This document shows, one piece after another, positions 11,240-24,364 of a stretch of DNA of 64,000 bases. The notes under the pieces are model-generated. The model was not told the DNA's origin, searched no databases, and saw nothing but the letters and a program-made list of their open reading frames with translations. Position 1 is the first letter of the stretch. The number at the start of each line of letters is the position of its first letter. The DNA lies in assembly GCA_035084275.1 (NCBI GenBank), contig CM068768.1, forward strand, positions 2,976,001-3,040,000. The letters are read 5' to 3'. Source of the DNA: Hydrolagus colliei (lineage: Eukaryota). The position numbers and the translations under genes were made by a program.

Positions 11240-13393
11240 ACTTTTCTATCCGATTAGCTGTTTTTATCCTAGCAGTCTGACCCCCTGAAACCCTTGACCT
11301 TTAAGACAGGACTCTGTTCTATCTGAACATTCCCAATGCTAAAGGATATAAAACACACCAGGGTTACCGCTCGTTCACTGGACTCAAAATCTGTGCTCCG
11401 CTGACTGAAAAGTAGCTGTGTTCCGTTAGCCTTTGCTGAGTGCAAGTACCTCAGTTTGCATGTAAAGAAAAATAAGTCAATACAGGTCCTGAGATGGTGT
11501 ATTGTTGTTCGTTGGGGGGTGGGGGGTGGGGGGAACCATCAGTGTGCAATAAAATTAAACGTTGAATGCCTCCCACCCACACGTTACACACCTTAAACTA
11601 AAGTGTCTTAAAATCGGACACAATAGATGGAACGAAGCCATTGTCTCGTTTGCCTCACTTTGTCTAAACGGTTGAGCAAGATGCTGAAGGTTGGCGTTTT
11701 ACTTGGTTGTATGTCTGTTATGGGAAATATGATTTGTTGCTTTACAAACACAGCATTTATCTCTTGAATACAGATTTTTAAATAAACAACATTTTTGCAT
11801 TCCTTTTGCAAAAATGTGGTGTGCGCAATATGCAAGCTATTATTAATCTGGATCCGCTAAACAGTGTCAATTTACTCGAACGCTTAAAAGGGAACCTTAC
11901 TGCTGGTCCTTGATTTACTTGTCCAACCGTAAAACACAAACTGCTTTTACCATAATAAAAAGAAACAATTATTAGCAAGTACAAGTTCTGCAAGAGGGTG
12001 CATGTAACTGAGGCGTAGGTTAAATGCGTTGCATTCCTTGTTCTCATTTCATGATATTTCAATTGTGTTTTTATACAACAGAAATGTAATCAAAGTAGGG
12101 AAAGGATCATTCCAGCTTAGAAAGACTGGGAAATCTGAATTTAAAAATATAGACGAATATATGGAAATGTATTGTATACTGCTGCATTGCATTCTTTTTC
12201 CTTTCACGATAGGAATTTGTTCTTACATTACGTTTTCCGCCATTAATTTTGTAAGCAAAATCAAATATATAGTATTTTTATTATTATTATTCAAAATACA
12301 TTAATGAGGGGTTAACGTAAATATGGCATACCCAGGAATAATAGATTTATGATTATATTTATATACTATATAATTAGTTTCATATTCTTAATGAATAAAC
12401 TGATGCTTACTAAAACGACGAAGTTTATTTCTGAAACGAAATAATCTTGATTCTCAGCATAAGTTGCCACAATTGATTTTAGATTCAGAAAGCAGCCACA
12501 ATCCGTAGGATGAAACGTGACTATAGATATTCACAACCGTGTCAAATTTGTTTCTAGGGACACGTTTCCCATTACGGTATTGTTTTAACATTATTGCCAC
12601 TAGAAATAGGTATAAGATTCCCCCCCCCCCCCCCCCCCGCCCCCCCCCCCCCCCCCTCCCCACCCCACACACTATGTCTCTATCACACAGCTCTCTTAAA
12701 ACAATTGAGATCTTAGAGAAGACAATCTCCCTCTTTAAATGTGGATTTTATTCAAATTATTTTTTCAAAAAGCTTATGTTCTGAGGGATGAGGACTTTTA
12801 CTGTGACCTTTGTGTTACTGGTAGCGAATCGTAGCTGGTTTTGTACAGATTAAAGAAGCGACTGAATGGTTCATCTTGTGAAGATGAAACAATGCTTTCA
12901 CACTGTACTGCCAGAGACAGCTAAGCCAGAAGCAGGAAGCAGACGGGAGCTAGACAAACCCACTAAAAAGTTGAAGTGGAAAGTCAATGAAATGATAAAC
13001 TAAACTTGTGGTAAAATGCATTAGTGCAAAGCACGCAGGGATCCGATAACCCGGCAGTATTACTCTAACTTTGGTGCATATAATGAATCAGCTCCCGTTG
13101 CACAACACAATACCGTGGAGCAGCGTGTGCTGTGACTTGGAAGAAACGAATCAAGATGCGAAAGATGGGACTTTGAAAGCTCATAACGCGTTTAGATCCT
13201 ATATGTTCACACTTGTCCCTAAAACCCAACCGACTTACCACATATCCTCTTTTGCCCATATTGTTTAAACAGAGACAATGAGCTACGCCAATACTATGTT
13301 TAAGAGGGAGACTATTAAAGAAACTCTCTGCTCTTCGAGTGGAAGGTCAGTCTTCTCCTTGGAGTATGATTTTGAAATCCCCCCACCTCCCCC

Positions 13394-13665
13394 TCAGTCA
13401 CGTGACTCATTAAATAATTAATGCAGCTGTTGCAGAATAGATATGTATTCGTCCGTAAATCGCCGACATGGTTTCCCTGTGTCTGACGTGAAACTCTACT
13501 GTCCTTTTAAAAACAAGCCTATAACAAGAGAGGCTGGAATAAAACAATTTTGGGAAGAGGCACACACCGTGGGCTGGTTTATTGTAAGTACAACCACACT
13601 GCCTCGTGTCCATCTATGTAAATATTATGTGTGTTATTTATGTTTTTAAGACTGCCATAAAATCT
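13394..13665. promoter_or_regulatory. Probable conserved non-coding element between Hoxb4 and Hoxb3 (E-box plus Hox/Cdx sites)
   Basis: 12-bp palindrome AGTCACGTGACT (13396-13407) abuts CATTAAATAATTAATG. Further CGTAAA, TTTATTG and GCCATAAAA motifs follow. Confidence 0.5.
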
Positions 13666-16600
13666 GACGAATGGCGTCTTTCTTTCCTCCAAGTTTCCGC
13701 GGTGCTATGTTTGTTTATTTCCTTATTTTTCATTGATATTTGCACGTTTTCTCTGTTCCCTTTTGCACCTTGATTTATTGCAAAATATGTCAGCGCCACT
13801 ATGGATGCCATTGTGTGTGTAAGTTGTGTGTTGTTTATGTTCGCCTGTGTTATAAATCACGCTTTGAGAATGATGTGCAAGTGATGATATTCAGGAATGA
13901 GGAAGGACTCTAATACTCTCCCCAGAGCTGATTATTGCGGCCGATTTGTAGCAATAGATCAGAGGATAATATGAAAGCTATAGCTGGGGGTCTTAAATTA
14001 CAGTATCCGTGATTACCAATTATGGAGAGTTTTGTATGAATTCTTTAAAACGGAACGCCTCATTGGAATAAAAACCTAGTAAAGGAGGTGCTTGGGGTGA
14101 CCTGAAATGAATTGTAAACCCAATTTTGAAAATGAGCAAAGACTAACAGACTTCTATAAGGCTCGCTTCTTTTATTCTCTGATTGGACGCCAGCCAGTCA
14201 AGCTAAAACCATTAATAGCAGCGTAACATTTAACACCGATCGTTAGTGCAAACCTTTATGTTGTAAAATTAGTATAACCCACTGATTGGCATTAAATATT
14301 AATGGCTACAGTCGGCGTGGACCATCTCCACTGATACACGCATCTCTTCTGGAAGATTCGGATTCTGTCTCAGCACAAGTGTCCTCTTGTTTTTAGGGGC
14401 TGTTTCAGATTAGGTATGAATAAGGATGATTAAGGGAATTGTATGATTTTGTATTGTTTAAGATATTAATCAACAAAGGTAAGATTCAATAAAAGTAAGA
14501 GTAGATATAGAATTTTATGAAACGTTACGACAATTACTTTAGTTCCGGACAATTTTAAGGAGCAAGACATATACGGTACCTTTTTCTTATACAGTATATG
14601 CAGATAATTTATGTGTAAAGTAAATATACGTATATTTTACAAAACGTGAAACAGAATAGCTATGGAACTCGATTGACAAAGGTTAGGTTTGTCAGTAACA
14701 AAACGATATCTGTGTTTTCTCAATCTGAATAGCAGTTGTGTCCTTTAAATAAGAACACAATATAAAAGCACGAAATTCCTTCAAAGATTGACAAGCTTCG
14801 ACGATGTCGATTTTCTTCATTTTCCTAAAAGCTTCTGTGAAAAGCAACAAACAACATAAAGAAAGCGTTAGAAAATCGATACATGAGCACAATTGGATAT
14901 TGCTTAGCTTCCAACGCAGAGTTGTGTAAATTTCCTTGTAAGTCTGACCCTGGTTTCAATGGGGCTTTATTAATTGATAAGTCCCAGCACCAAAATGGAA
15001 AAATAATGTGACTCGATGCCCTCAACGAAGATGGATCATGTTGGCATTCGTTAACAGACACTCGTTGCAGAATCCGAGTAAAACAAATATAAAATAATTT
15101 ATGCTAGGGAAAAGCAAAATAGACTCTTTCATTACAAAAACATTTAAACCCCCAAACGATGTTTGTTCTGTTGCTTTGAATTTACACCTCTCTTTATTTA
15201 AATACCATAACTGTGCTATAAAACAACCCTGACAATGGCGCGGCGACTCACTGAACGAAACCCCACCTCTTCAAGGCTTTGTTCCTAAGCTTCTCTTTAA
15301 CTAGCGGTTCACTGCTTTGTATAGAAATCAAGGATAGGAGCCAAAGCTAATATATTGAAGCGTGCAAGCCCCCAATCGCACATAGAGGACGAAAGGCAAC
15401 AAGCAGAGAGTACAGATCGGAATATTTTGCAATTTCATTTCAGCACCACTAATCGTGGAATGCCAATTATTGTTTAAATGATCACCGTTTCTTTTTCTCT
15501 TTCCTATAGATTACGTTCATCTGCATGAAACAAGAATACAATTGTAGAAAAATATATTTTTAAAATTTGCGAACGAATTCGAGGAGTGAGGGTCTGTAGT
15601 GGCCGCTGCACACTCTTACACTGCATTCCCTCCTGCTAATTCCCGCTTTCATCAGTGTTGATGACATCCTTTAAACCGATCGGATAAACTTTAATGTTTT
15701 AACATCACGAGAACTGTCACATTTGCACGAAGCCAAAGCCACGCAGTCAAGAGTAGGCGCTATGTTTCTAAGATGGTTATTTAATATAGAGGTAATTATA
15801 CTCCCCATAATAAATCATGATCGTTCTTTCAGCTCATGTACTTTGTAGACTTTGCAAGGCTATTTAAAACTGATGAAAAATTACAATACTTTTCTCTGCC
15901 CGGGAACTGTACCAAACTATGACAGAGCAGGGGATTGGACTACGGTGCAATCTACTTAGGTTTCCTCATATTTAAACAGTGACATTTTACGTCAGCTCCA
16001 GAAAAGTCTTTACCACGTTATATTCAAAAATAAGAGCTCCTTTTATTTTCTGGGAGCAACAATGGAAACCTTCACGCTGCCAATTAAAGGAGAAAGACAA
16101 TGAGCAAGCAAAAAATCAAAAGGAAATTCGCACATTAAACGAGAGACGCACTATAATATAAATTATTAAATAACATAAATTCGGTAGAAAATTACCACTT
16201 GCAAAATTATGTTGCATAGGCTAATCGAGATGTACTGGATGTAACATGTCTCGGTCAATATGCGTTGTGATTGTTATGGTAAAATTGAATCTGACTTTTT
16301 TTAAAAAATACATATATATTTAAATCAGGTATATGAAAGTGTAGTGTGTGAAAGTTCCTCGATTTATAAGTCATAGCGTTTCAACACCCTTCACCAACTG
16401 ACCAAATTAGCTGCAGTAAAGACAAGTGTGATAAATTATATTGCTGCTCTTCCGAGACCTGTGGATGTTTGCAGTCTAAAAATAAAATACTGAAATTGCT
16501 GTGGCCCTAACCTCTGCTCTTGAAATGCTAACACAAACTAAACTCATTTCCTCTTTTTCCGTTTACGGGAGAATCATGCTAACATTTTATGACTTTTTAA

Positions 16601-19600
16601 TGATGGTCACAATAATTATTGTCCAATGAAGGTCTCAAAATACTTCCAGAAATGTTTATTTTGGTCAAAATCTCCCAACTAATCTCCCTATGTTGAAATA
16701 TAGGCGGTCTCAAAGGAGCAATTATTTATCACTGTGTAATTTGTGGAATAAAACTGATTGAGGTGGTGGTAACTTCATTTACACCTACCTAATTTTGAAA
16801 CGTGATTCTCTGAAAATAGAGTTTTTTCAAGAATCAATACTTTGTATTTTTAAAATATTACAGAAATAGCGTATTAGAAAACTGATAGAACAAGTCTGCA
16901 AGAGGGAATGGGATCTCTGTGGGATAGAGGGCAGTTTAACCGAAGGCGGCTTGACAGTGAAACTCCTGATTCTGCCCTCACTGAACTCACATGGCATCAC
17001 TTTTCTCGTTGCATTGCACAAGCCAGTTCCAATTGGACACGTTTACCTATATCCTTATGTAAGTTCCGTGAAACTTGTTTTAGATTCCTAGGCCGCTGGC
17101 AGTAATCTATCTTTACTTAACGATTGATATTCTATAATATATTCTATTTGTTGCTTTGTTTAGCACCTATAGAACACTCACAACAATTAAACAGCACTCG
17201 AGTGTGTTTTCGGTCTTGCGCACCTTCATGTTATAATACAACTGGGAGGTAGGCAAAGATAACAGGCATCTACCAACAATTGCTAGTTGATTTCAATCAT
17301 GTTAGGCAATTCACTATTGCACTATTCCCAGAATTTTTCTGACTGAATCTTGTTTCACTGGGGTGCAAACTCCTTTTGGTGCACCCCAACACCTGAGAGT
17401 AAATTTCAAAATCCATTGATCTTTTTCCAAAGTTCCAATGCAGTGATCCAACAGGTAAGTGAATTTATCTGCAACTCACGTTGAATTCCAATGCAATCAA
17501 TAATTAATGGGTTATAGCTTGGCATGAGAGAGTTGGTTTTCCTTTGCTAACTGTGCTAACATGTGTGTGTAACGGATGAAGACTGACCTGCGCCCCCCTC
17601 CCCATTTGAGAAGCTGATGAAAATACGTCTGAAAAACTCTACTCCCCTCCCACCCCACCCCCACCCCCCAACTTTGGGAAAGATCTCAAAACTGTTAAAC
17701 GTTTGGTTTTAGCGTACGTTTGATGACTGTTGACACATCTGAAGTTGTAAGCGACTTCAAAAGCATTTTTGGTTAGGGTGTTATCCACAAGATGTATGGG
17801 AACATGATTTATGACCGAAGAAAGCTGTGGTTACTTATTGTAGTTTTCGACTTCTTAGTTTTTTCATATCGTCTTAAAAGTTGCTATATTTGGTGTCTGG
17901 CCTTTTAATTTTAAACAAAATGATAAGATAACTTTCTAACAGCCTGGGAATGTTTAATTCGACTTTTATGCTTTTAAAAGGTGAATCCCATTTAACCAAT
18001 AACCGCATAAAGTTATTAGTGATCGATTGCGTTGCAATTCTAGAGCATGACTTGACATTGTAGAAAAGTAGAATTCTGTCTAAAATAGTAACAATCATTC
18101 CGAATCTCCTACGATACTTTGTTAAAGAAAAATATTTTAAGAGGCTTCAATTTCCTAAGGCATGTTTCTCAGCTAGACAATGATAATCCTGCCTCTGAAT
18201 TTAGCAGAAAATTGCTTTGCATTAAATTCTCCCCCACACTCCCCCCACCCCCCACCCCCCCACTCCCAACTCGTTTAAATTTATTTTACATCTGCCTGCA
18301 GCTGAATGAAAACCTGCCAAATGGTTAATAATATGCTGAGGAATCCAGTCCAAACTGTAGGCGCCAAAATATATCCGCCATTAAACAGAACCGTCTGTTT
18401 GTTTGCCTTTATGGTCACGTCCAGCAAACAGCAAATCTTGTTTATCTTTTTTGATGCCCCTTTTTTTCTTTTCACACAACCCATTACATTCTCACTAACC
18501 TGAGATGTGTTCACTACATTGTAGGCAATTGGGCATTTGTAACAAACAGTGGATTGCAAGCCCCTTAATTAAAGATTAACTCTTTCCTTCTGTATTTCGC
18601 CTTTTGTGGTGCTTCAAATCTGGGAGTGTTGCTATGCCGGTTAGCTTCACAGATCAAAGGCCCTCTGTTTAATTTTTACACTAACCCATTGAATCAATCC
18701 TTTGTGGCAAACCACAAACAGCGTGTTGTATTGTTTCATATTTTATTTGTTGCAGTTTTTTAATTTTAATTTCAATTTCGTGTTCATTTCTGCACTTTGG
18801 GTTGCTGCAGTCACGCGATGTAGCAGCAAGGGAAACGAGAAAAGGAATAAAACAAATGATACAGCGTAAACCAGGCGTTACGTCACTGTGCCACAGGTCA
18901 AATGTGGCACAGGTCACATTCGGCACCATTTATGTATTAATAGGTCATATAAAATATTTACTGCAGAAAATATGCCATTATATATTATGTTGCACTTTTT
19001 GTGCAATATAAGATCCATTATTACATTGAACGTTCTCCCTCAATATATAAAATCTATTAAATTTGAAAAGTTATATCTAATCATGGATTTGCGGTTGTAA
19101 CATACAGAGATTCCGATGGTGCAGTTTGAATCATAATTTTGTAACATGTTCAAATCGCCATTCCCAGTGTTTAGTGTGAATTACAGAAGAGAGTTTGCAT
19201 AATATACTTGAGCAAAACCAGTTAATGCAAAAATCTGCAATGTAATTCATGTTTTACAGTTACGACATAAACTATGGATTGATTCTAGTTTTATTTGTTC
19301 AAAGTTAAAAGAGCATTAGCTTAACTGTGCGGCATGCTGTTAATTTTACAGTGTAATGTATGATCTCATTGCAAGAGATCGTGTACTTGCTGTGGGGCAA
19401 CCTTTTGGCTGTTAGGAATAAATAAGGCGTTTAATTCTGAAGTCCCTCTATTTCTTTCAAAAATCTGTGCGTGGGTGTAAACCATGCCCACAATCACAGG
19501 CGTGGAGCATAGGTTATCAATTCTGATTCAAAGCAGGCTTTTCATCATTATGTTCTCTCTGGGGAAACAAAATCTAAATTGGTTTGCTATAACTGGAAAG

Positions 19601-21869
19601 AACGTTTGAAAAAAAAGTCTCCAAATTTATTGAACTGGATTACATTTAAAAAAAAGTAAATTATATTAGTATAGGAAGTTTTAGAATAACGCCAACCTAC
19701 CTTTTTCTTATCTTTAATGCAGAAAAAAATGTAAAAACGGAGTTGGTAGAATGCATCTAAATCCTCGGTGGTCAGTGGAGATTTTGGGGGGAAATGCTTG
19801 AAGCTGGAATTTTCAGAACTCCTTCGCACAAAAAAACACGAGTTCAATTAACAATTCCTAAAGTCTGTATAAAATGGGGAAACGTTGACGTACTGACCAC
19901 GTGGATGCATAATCCAGGCGCATTACTTTGGTGCTTGGATGGAAAGCTTTCGGCTCTCTCTCTCCCGGCTGTGATCACCCAGTCAGTACTCTGATTATTT
20001 ACAAGCCATTTAAAAAAAACAAATCGGGTCACGAGACGATATCTTTTGGCGTTAATGTCTCTTATAGAGGATTATATGGAATCGCAAAGAAAGCCTGGGA
20101 TAGTGGGACGGATTATTATTTTGGAGGCATTTCAAAACACTTCCCGTTGATTGATCATTAATGTGGTGAGTTATTGCTGTTCACCAAAGGTCATTGAGAG
20201 AGAGGCTTATATCTGTCACAATGAGCCAAGGCATTCTTTATTTCTTTTCCTTTATTTTCTTCTCCAACTCGTCACAACTGCAAATGCTTAAATACCCTCC
20301 TGATACCCCAAAAGGCTGTACATTAGTTGGTAGAATAAATTCTCACCGTCTTTTCTCAACTATAATTCTGCCCGCGTGTGTTCGAGAATCCCGCCCTCTG
20401 TGTTTTATAACAGTAACAATAAAATAAACTTTTATCTCGATCTTCCTTCAAACACAATCTTTTTACCTTCATTTTTTAGAAAAGAAACGAATTTCAGAAA
20501 ATAAAGTCACAACTACTAATGGTTCAGAAAGCTTTGTTTCACAGGCAAAGTAAATAACGCAGGCGTTCACTGCTCAGCAGAGTCGAATTGGAACCTTTTA
20601 ATCTACCCTTTCCCATAAATGCCATAAAAATGCATTTATGTGAAGATTTAGCGCTATGTAATTTTAAGATATATTTTTACCAACATAGGAAAAGTAAAAC
20701 TGTTCGTTCACTTAAAAATAACAGGTGAACACAGCCACTAACCCGCTTCTGAATCTTGATCCTTTGTTCTATTAAGGGGACTAGGGTTTGGCATCATACG
20801 TACATGTAATCTTTATTATTATTATGGTTTTAACCATTTTCCACCGTTTTTCTCTTATATGCGTTTCATGCTTTATAAAATGTCTAGGGAAGTAATTCGA
20901 TAGTAAAAAAAAAGGTAAGCATTTCAATATACGTAAAATGTTACATTGTTGGTTCTGATGAAACACTGTATTAAAATCTACGTTATATCCCTAACTGATA
21001 AAGGTCAAATCAACCCTGTGTATAATGTTTATCTCCCGAATTCTAGGCCATTTTGTTTAAAGTTTACCAACGAACATTTTATTCTAAATCAATAACTGCG
21101 ACGTGCAGAAGGGAAACGAATATATCATTTGTAACTGTTAATGTAGAGATCATCCGACAGTGGGATTGTCTAAGGCTTACCATATAACGAAAAATATATT
21201 TTTAAGTGGAAAACTACCCTACACCCTTTAAAGCATTCTGGTTCGTTTAATCAAACCACAATGAACCATTAAACGTAAGTTAAATAAAGGGGCAACTGAA
21301 AGGTTAGAACGGATATTTAATGAAAGATTCTCATGTTTTTTTAAGACTTTGAAGGCTTACCTTCTAATCGATCATCTACACGGGTCATCGGGTGGAATAG
21401 TAAATAAATTCGGGCTGAATGCTATTATATGTGTTTTAAATAGAGTTAAACTAGCAGTAATTGGAAAGAGGCAATAAAACTAAACAATAAAACTAAGCAC
21501 CTCAATGAAGTGTCGGGTCTAAATTATATACTTAATGCATGACTCACATACACAACAAAAATCACAAAATAAAAAAAACGCAAACATAGTTTTATTGATT
21601 AATTGCAAATACAATTGCATCAGTAATTTAAGAACTCTTCCGACCAAAATAAGCGTCGCCAGTTATTTAGAATATAAATGTCAAGATTCTGGTTTGAGAA
21701 GTTTGGCGATTTACAAACCATTATGTGAGTGAAAGTTGCTCGCTCCTGATCTTGATTCCAATTCTCTACAATTCTGCCTTTATTATATATGTATGTATCT
21801 ATAGACATATATCAACATATTGTTAATGCATGTTGTACTAATTCCTGACGCTCCAGATTTCCCCCCCTC

Positions 21870-22055
21870 CTCAGTCATTGGATTGAGTACTCTTGTCGAT
21901 TTCCTCAGAGGTCGTGTGCAACGGTTTCGATTTTGTAACGATTTCCATAATCAAAGGTCTTGTCTTTTTCCCCACTTTGCAGTCGCTGCTCTTTATAAAA
22001 ACTCCATCAGCACCTTTACCTCTGGCCAGCAAGTAGCAAGATTTTCGTGGTAAGT
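21870..22055 (+). promoter_or_regulatory. Candidate Hoxb3 proximal promoter and first non-coding exon
   Basis: CATTGG near 21876, TTTATAAAA near 21992-22000, and a perfect GTAAGT donor at 22050-22055, 5.3 kb upstream of the Hoxb3 ATG. Confidence 0.5.
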
Positions 22056-24080
22056 TCGCCCTGAATCATTTCCACAATTCAGCCTGCCTGTCTATTTATC
22101 TATCTGGACAGGCAAGTAGAGACAGATGGTTTTGGATGTAGATATATATTGATAACAGTCTATAATAAGCACATGATTAGAAATAAAGCATCATTAAAAA
22201 TAAATAACTGTCGCTGTAAAGTTTGCAGAGTTGTTTTTGAAGTTGAGTAGATGGTTCAGGTTAGTGATCCACTTGGTGAAGTGGAATGATTGTGGAATAA
22301 GTCCTATGAGAAAGAACAATGAATATACACCTAGAAAGACGTTGATGATTGTACAAGTATTACTGGCACTTCATTCAAAGAATTTACTTGCTCGTCACAT
22401 AAATATTTAAGATGATATATATATATATACAGTATACATATATAATGTCCGCAACAAATGAAAAATGTTATTTCCTCTCAATTTGAAGCCTTGAAAGTTC
22501 ATGGTAGATTATCACCTCGTAATGCTTGTTCCTTTCCCGGCCGCTGTGTAGAGGTTAGAGGCAGGACAATAGATGGTGAACCTAGGAGGTCATCCAGTTT
22601 GCAGAACAATTTGCAAACTTGCTATATTATCCACTGAGCAATCGACCGATAAGAAATTCTACAGTAGTATCTGGCTAACCGTTTCTGCAGAAGAAGACTC
22701 CTTTCATCTGTCCTGAATGAACACACCAGTGAGTCCTGCTTCGTGAAGCTGTACCTTTCTCTGTGTTGATCGCATAGGTTGACCTTTTATTTTCAAATGA
22801 AAAATGCAAAGTACTTCAGTCTCACTCCCTCCAAACACATGTGAGTCTTGTAGAGTCTTGAGAACCCCCTAAACACTCCTCTTAATGCAGAGCACGACCA
22901 CAGCGAAAAAACCGTCACCGTTGCAAAAAAAATTAAAACAATAAGTGTGTGAAGCCAGCGAAAAAAAGTTGCAGATACGTGAATTCTTTCGCTAGCCTTG
23001 CCTCCTACGCTGTTCGGGCCTTCCTTTCATGTACCTACTTGTGTAACATCTTTCCCTTTTAGTCTGTTTACAGCGAGAGTGCATGAAGTCGTAAATCTTA
23101 CGTAGCCATAAACGACAGAAGCGGTGGCATGCATAAAACAGAGGTTAAGCTCCGAATAGCTCCTACAATGACTTCACTCTGTGACTTTTTACTCCCTACA
23201 CTGTGCACCAATATATATATATCTAGAGAGAGAGAGCAAATTCTCTTATTTATTAAAACTCTCTTGATCCCATAACCATAACACACAATTCATAGAAAAA
23301 AAGTTTATAGGAATACTGTTGCATGTACTCTAGTCATGTTAAATACCACAGAACTGTCTCTCTTCATCACCCCTCCCCCCACCCCCCCTCCCCCCAGCCC
23401 CCCCCCCTCCCTCCCCCCAGCTCTCCTCCTTCCCACCGTCCCATTTCCCACCCTTGAACCGCTCCCTGTTCCTCACTTAACTTTTTTTCTTCACCGTGAA
23501 TAAATGATAAATTGTTGATTCACATTCACGAATTAAGTCAACAATACAATAGGTGGGAATCTTATCTCTGCTGGATTTTGTGCATTGAGTTTTTTTTCTG
23601 GTGGGGGAGGTGGGAGTGGGGGGGGAGGGGGGGGCGGGGAGGGGGGGGGGGGGGAGGTGTGGGGGAGTCACTGCTTTATATTAATAATGTCTCCGATTGT
23701 GAAAGGTTTCACTTTGTCCTGGATTGACATATAATTGCTAAACACGTGAATCAAATAGCTAGCTTGCCATCCCTGTCTAGGCCTCTGTCCGGCACGTCGG
23801 TAATTAGCATAATTTTTCACTTGTGACGCTGTGTTTCGAGAGGATTAACACTCGTTGCCTTACCTTGCACTGACAAAGAAATCTTTTTATATAAAAACGT
23901 GCTTTTAATATTCATGTATATAGATACATATACTCATAAGAAACATACCGAATATGGATTTTCTTTACTGTTTTCTGTGTGCTCTTTAAAGCTGCGAACC
24001 ATTGTTATCTGTGAGTAGGGCGTACCAGTCTAGGGCTCAATAATATCAGGCTGTCCATTCAAGCCTTGAGGTTTCTACAG

Positions 24081-24265
24081 TTCTTTCAAGCTGTATCATC
24101 TCGCCTTCCTTTGCCGTTGCCTCCAACCAGTGAATTTCAGCGCCACAGTAGCTGGTTCATCCTTCCTTGTTTTTTAAAAAAAAGAATTTGGGAACTCCTG
24201 CTTATTGATTGCTTGGTGGATCTGAAATATTATGGCTTGCTCTGCTTCTATCGTCAGCGGCTAAG
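24081..24265 (+). other. Candidate Hoxb3 non-coding 5'UTR exon
   Basis: Acceptor tttctacAG ends at 24080 and donor AAG|GTAAGC is at 24265/24266. The next acceptor ctaaccttAG ends at 27221, before the coding exon. Confidence 0.45.
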
Positions 24266-24319
24266 GTAAGCTGGACTCAAATAGGCTAGCACTCGTGAAT
24301 GGCGGAGTATGTGTCCCAG

Positions 24320-24364
24320 TGATTTATGACCATATGACTTCAATCTCGGTTCAAGAAGAGTTCA
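24320..24364 (+). promoter_or_regulatory. Hox3 Pbx-Hox site plus DR5 RARE
   Basis: TGATTTATGA at 24320-24329 and GGTTCA-agaag-AGTTCA at 24348-24364, the DR5 known to be shared by Hox3 paralogues. Confidence 0.88.
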
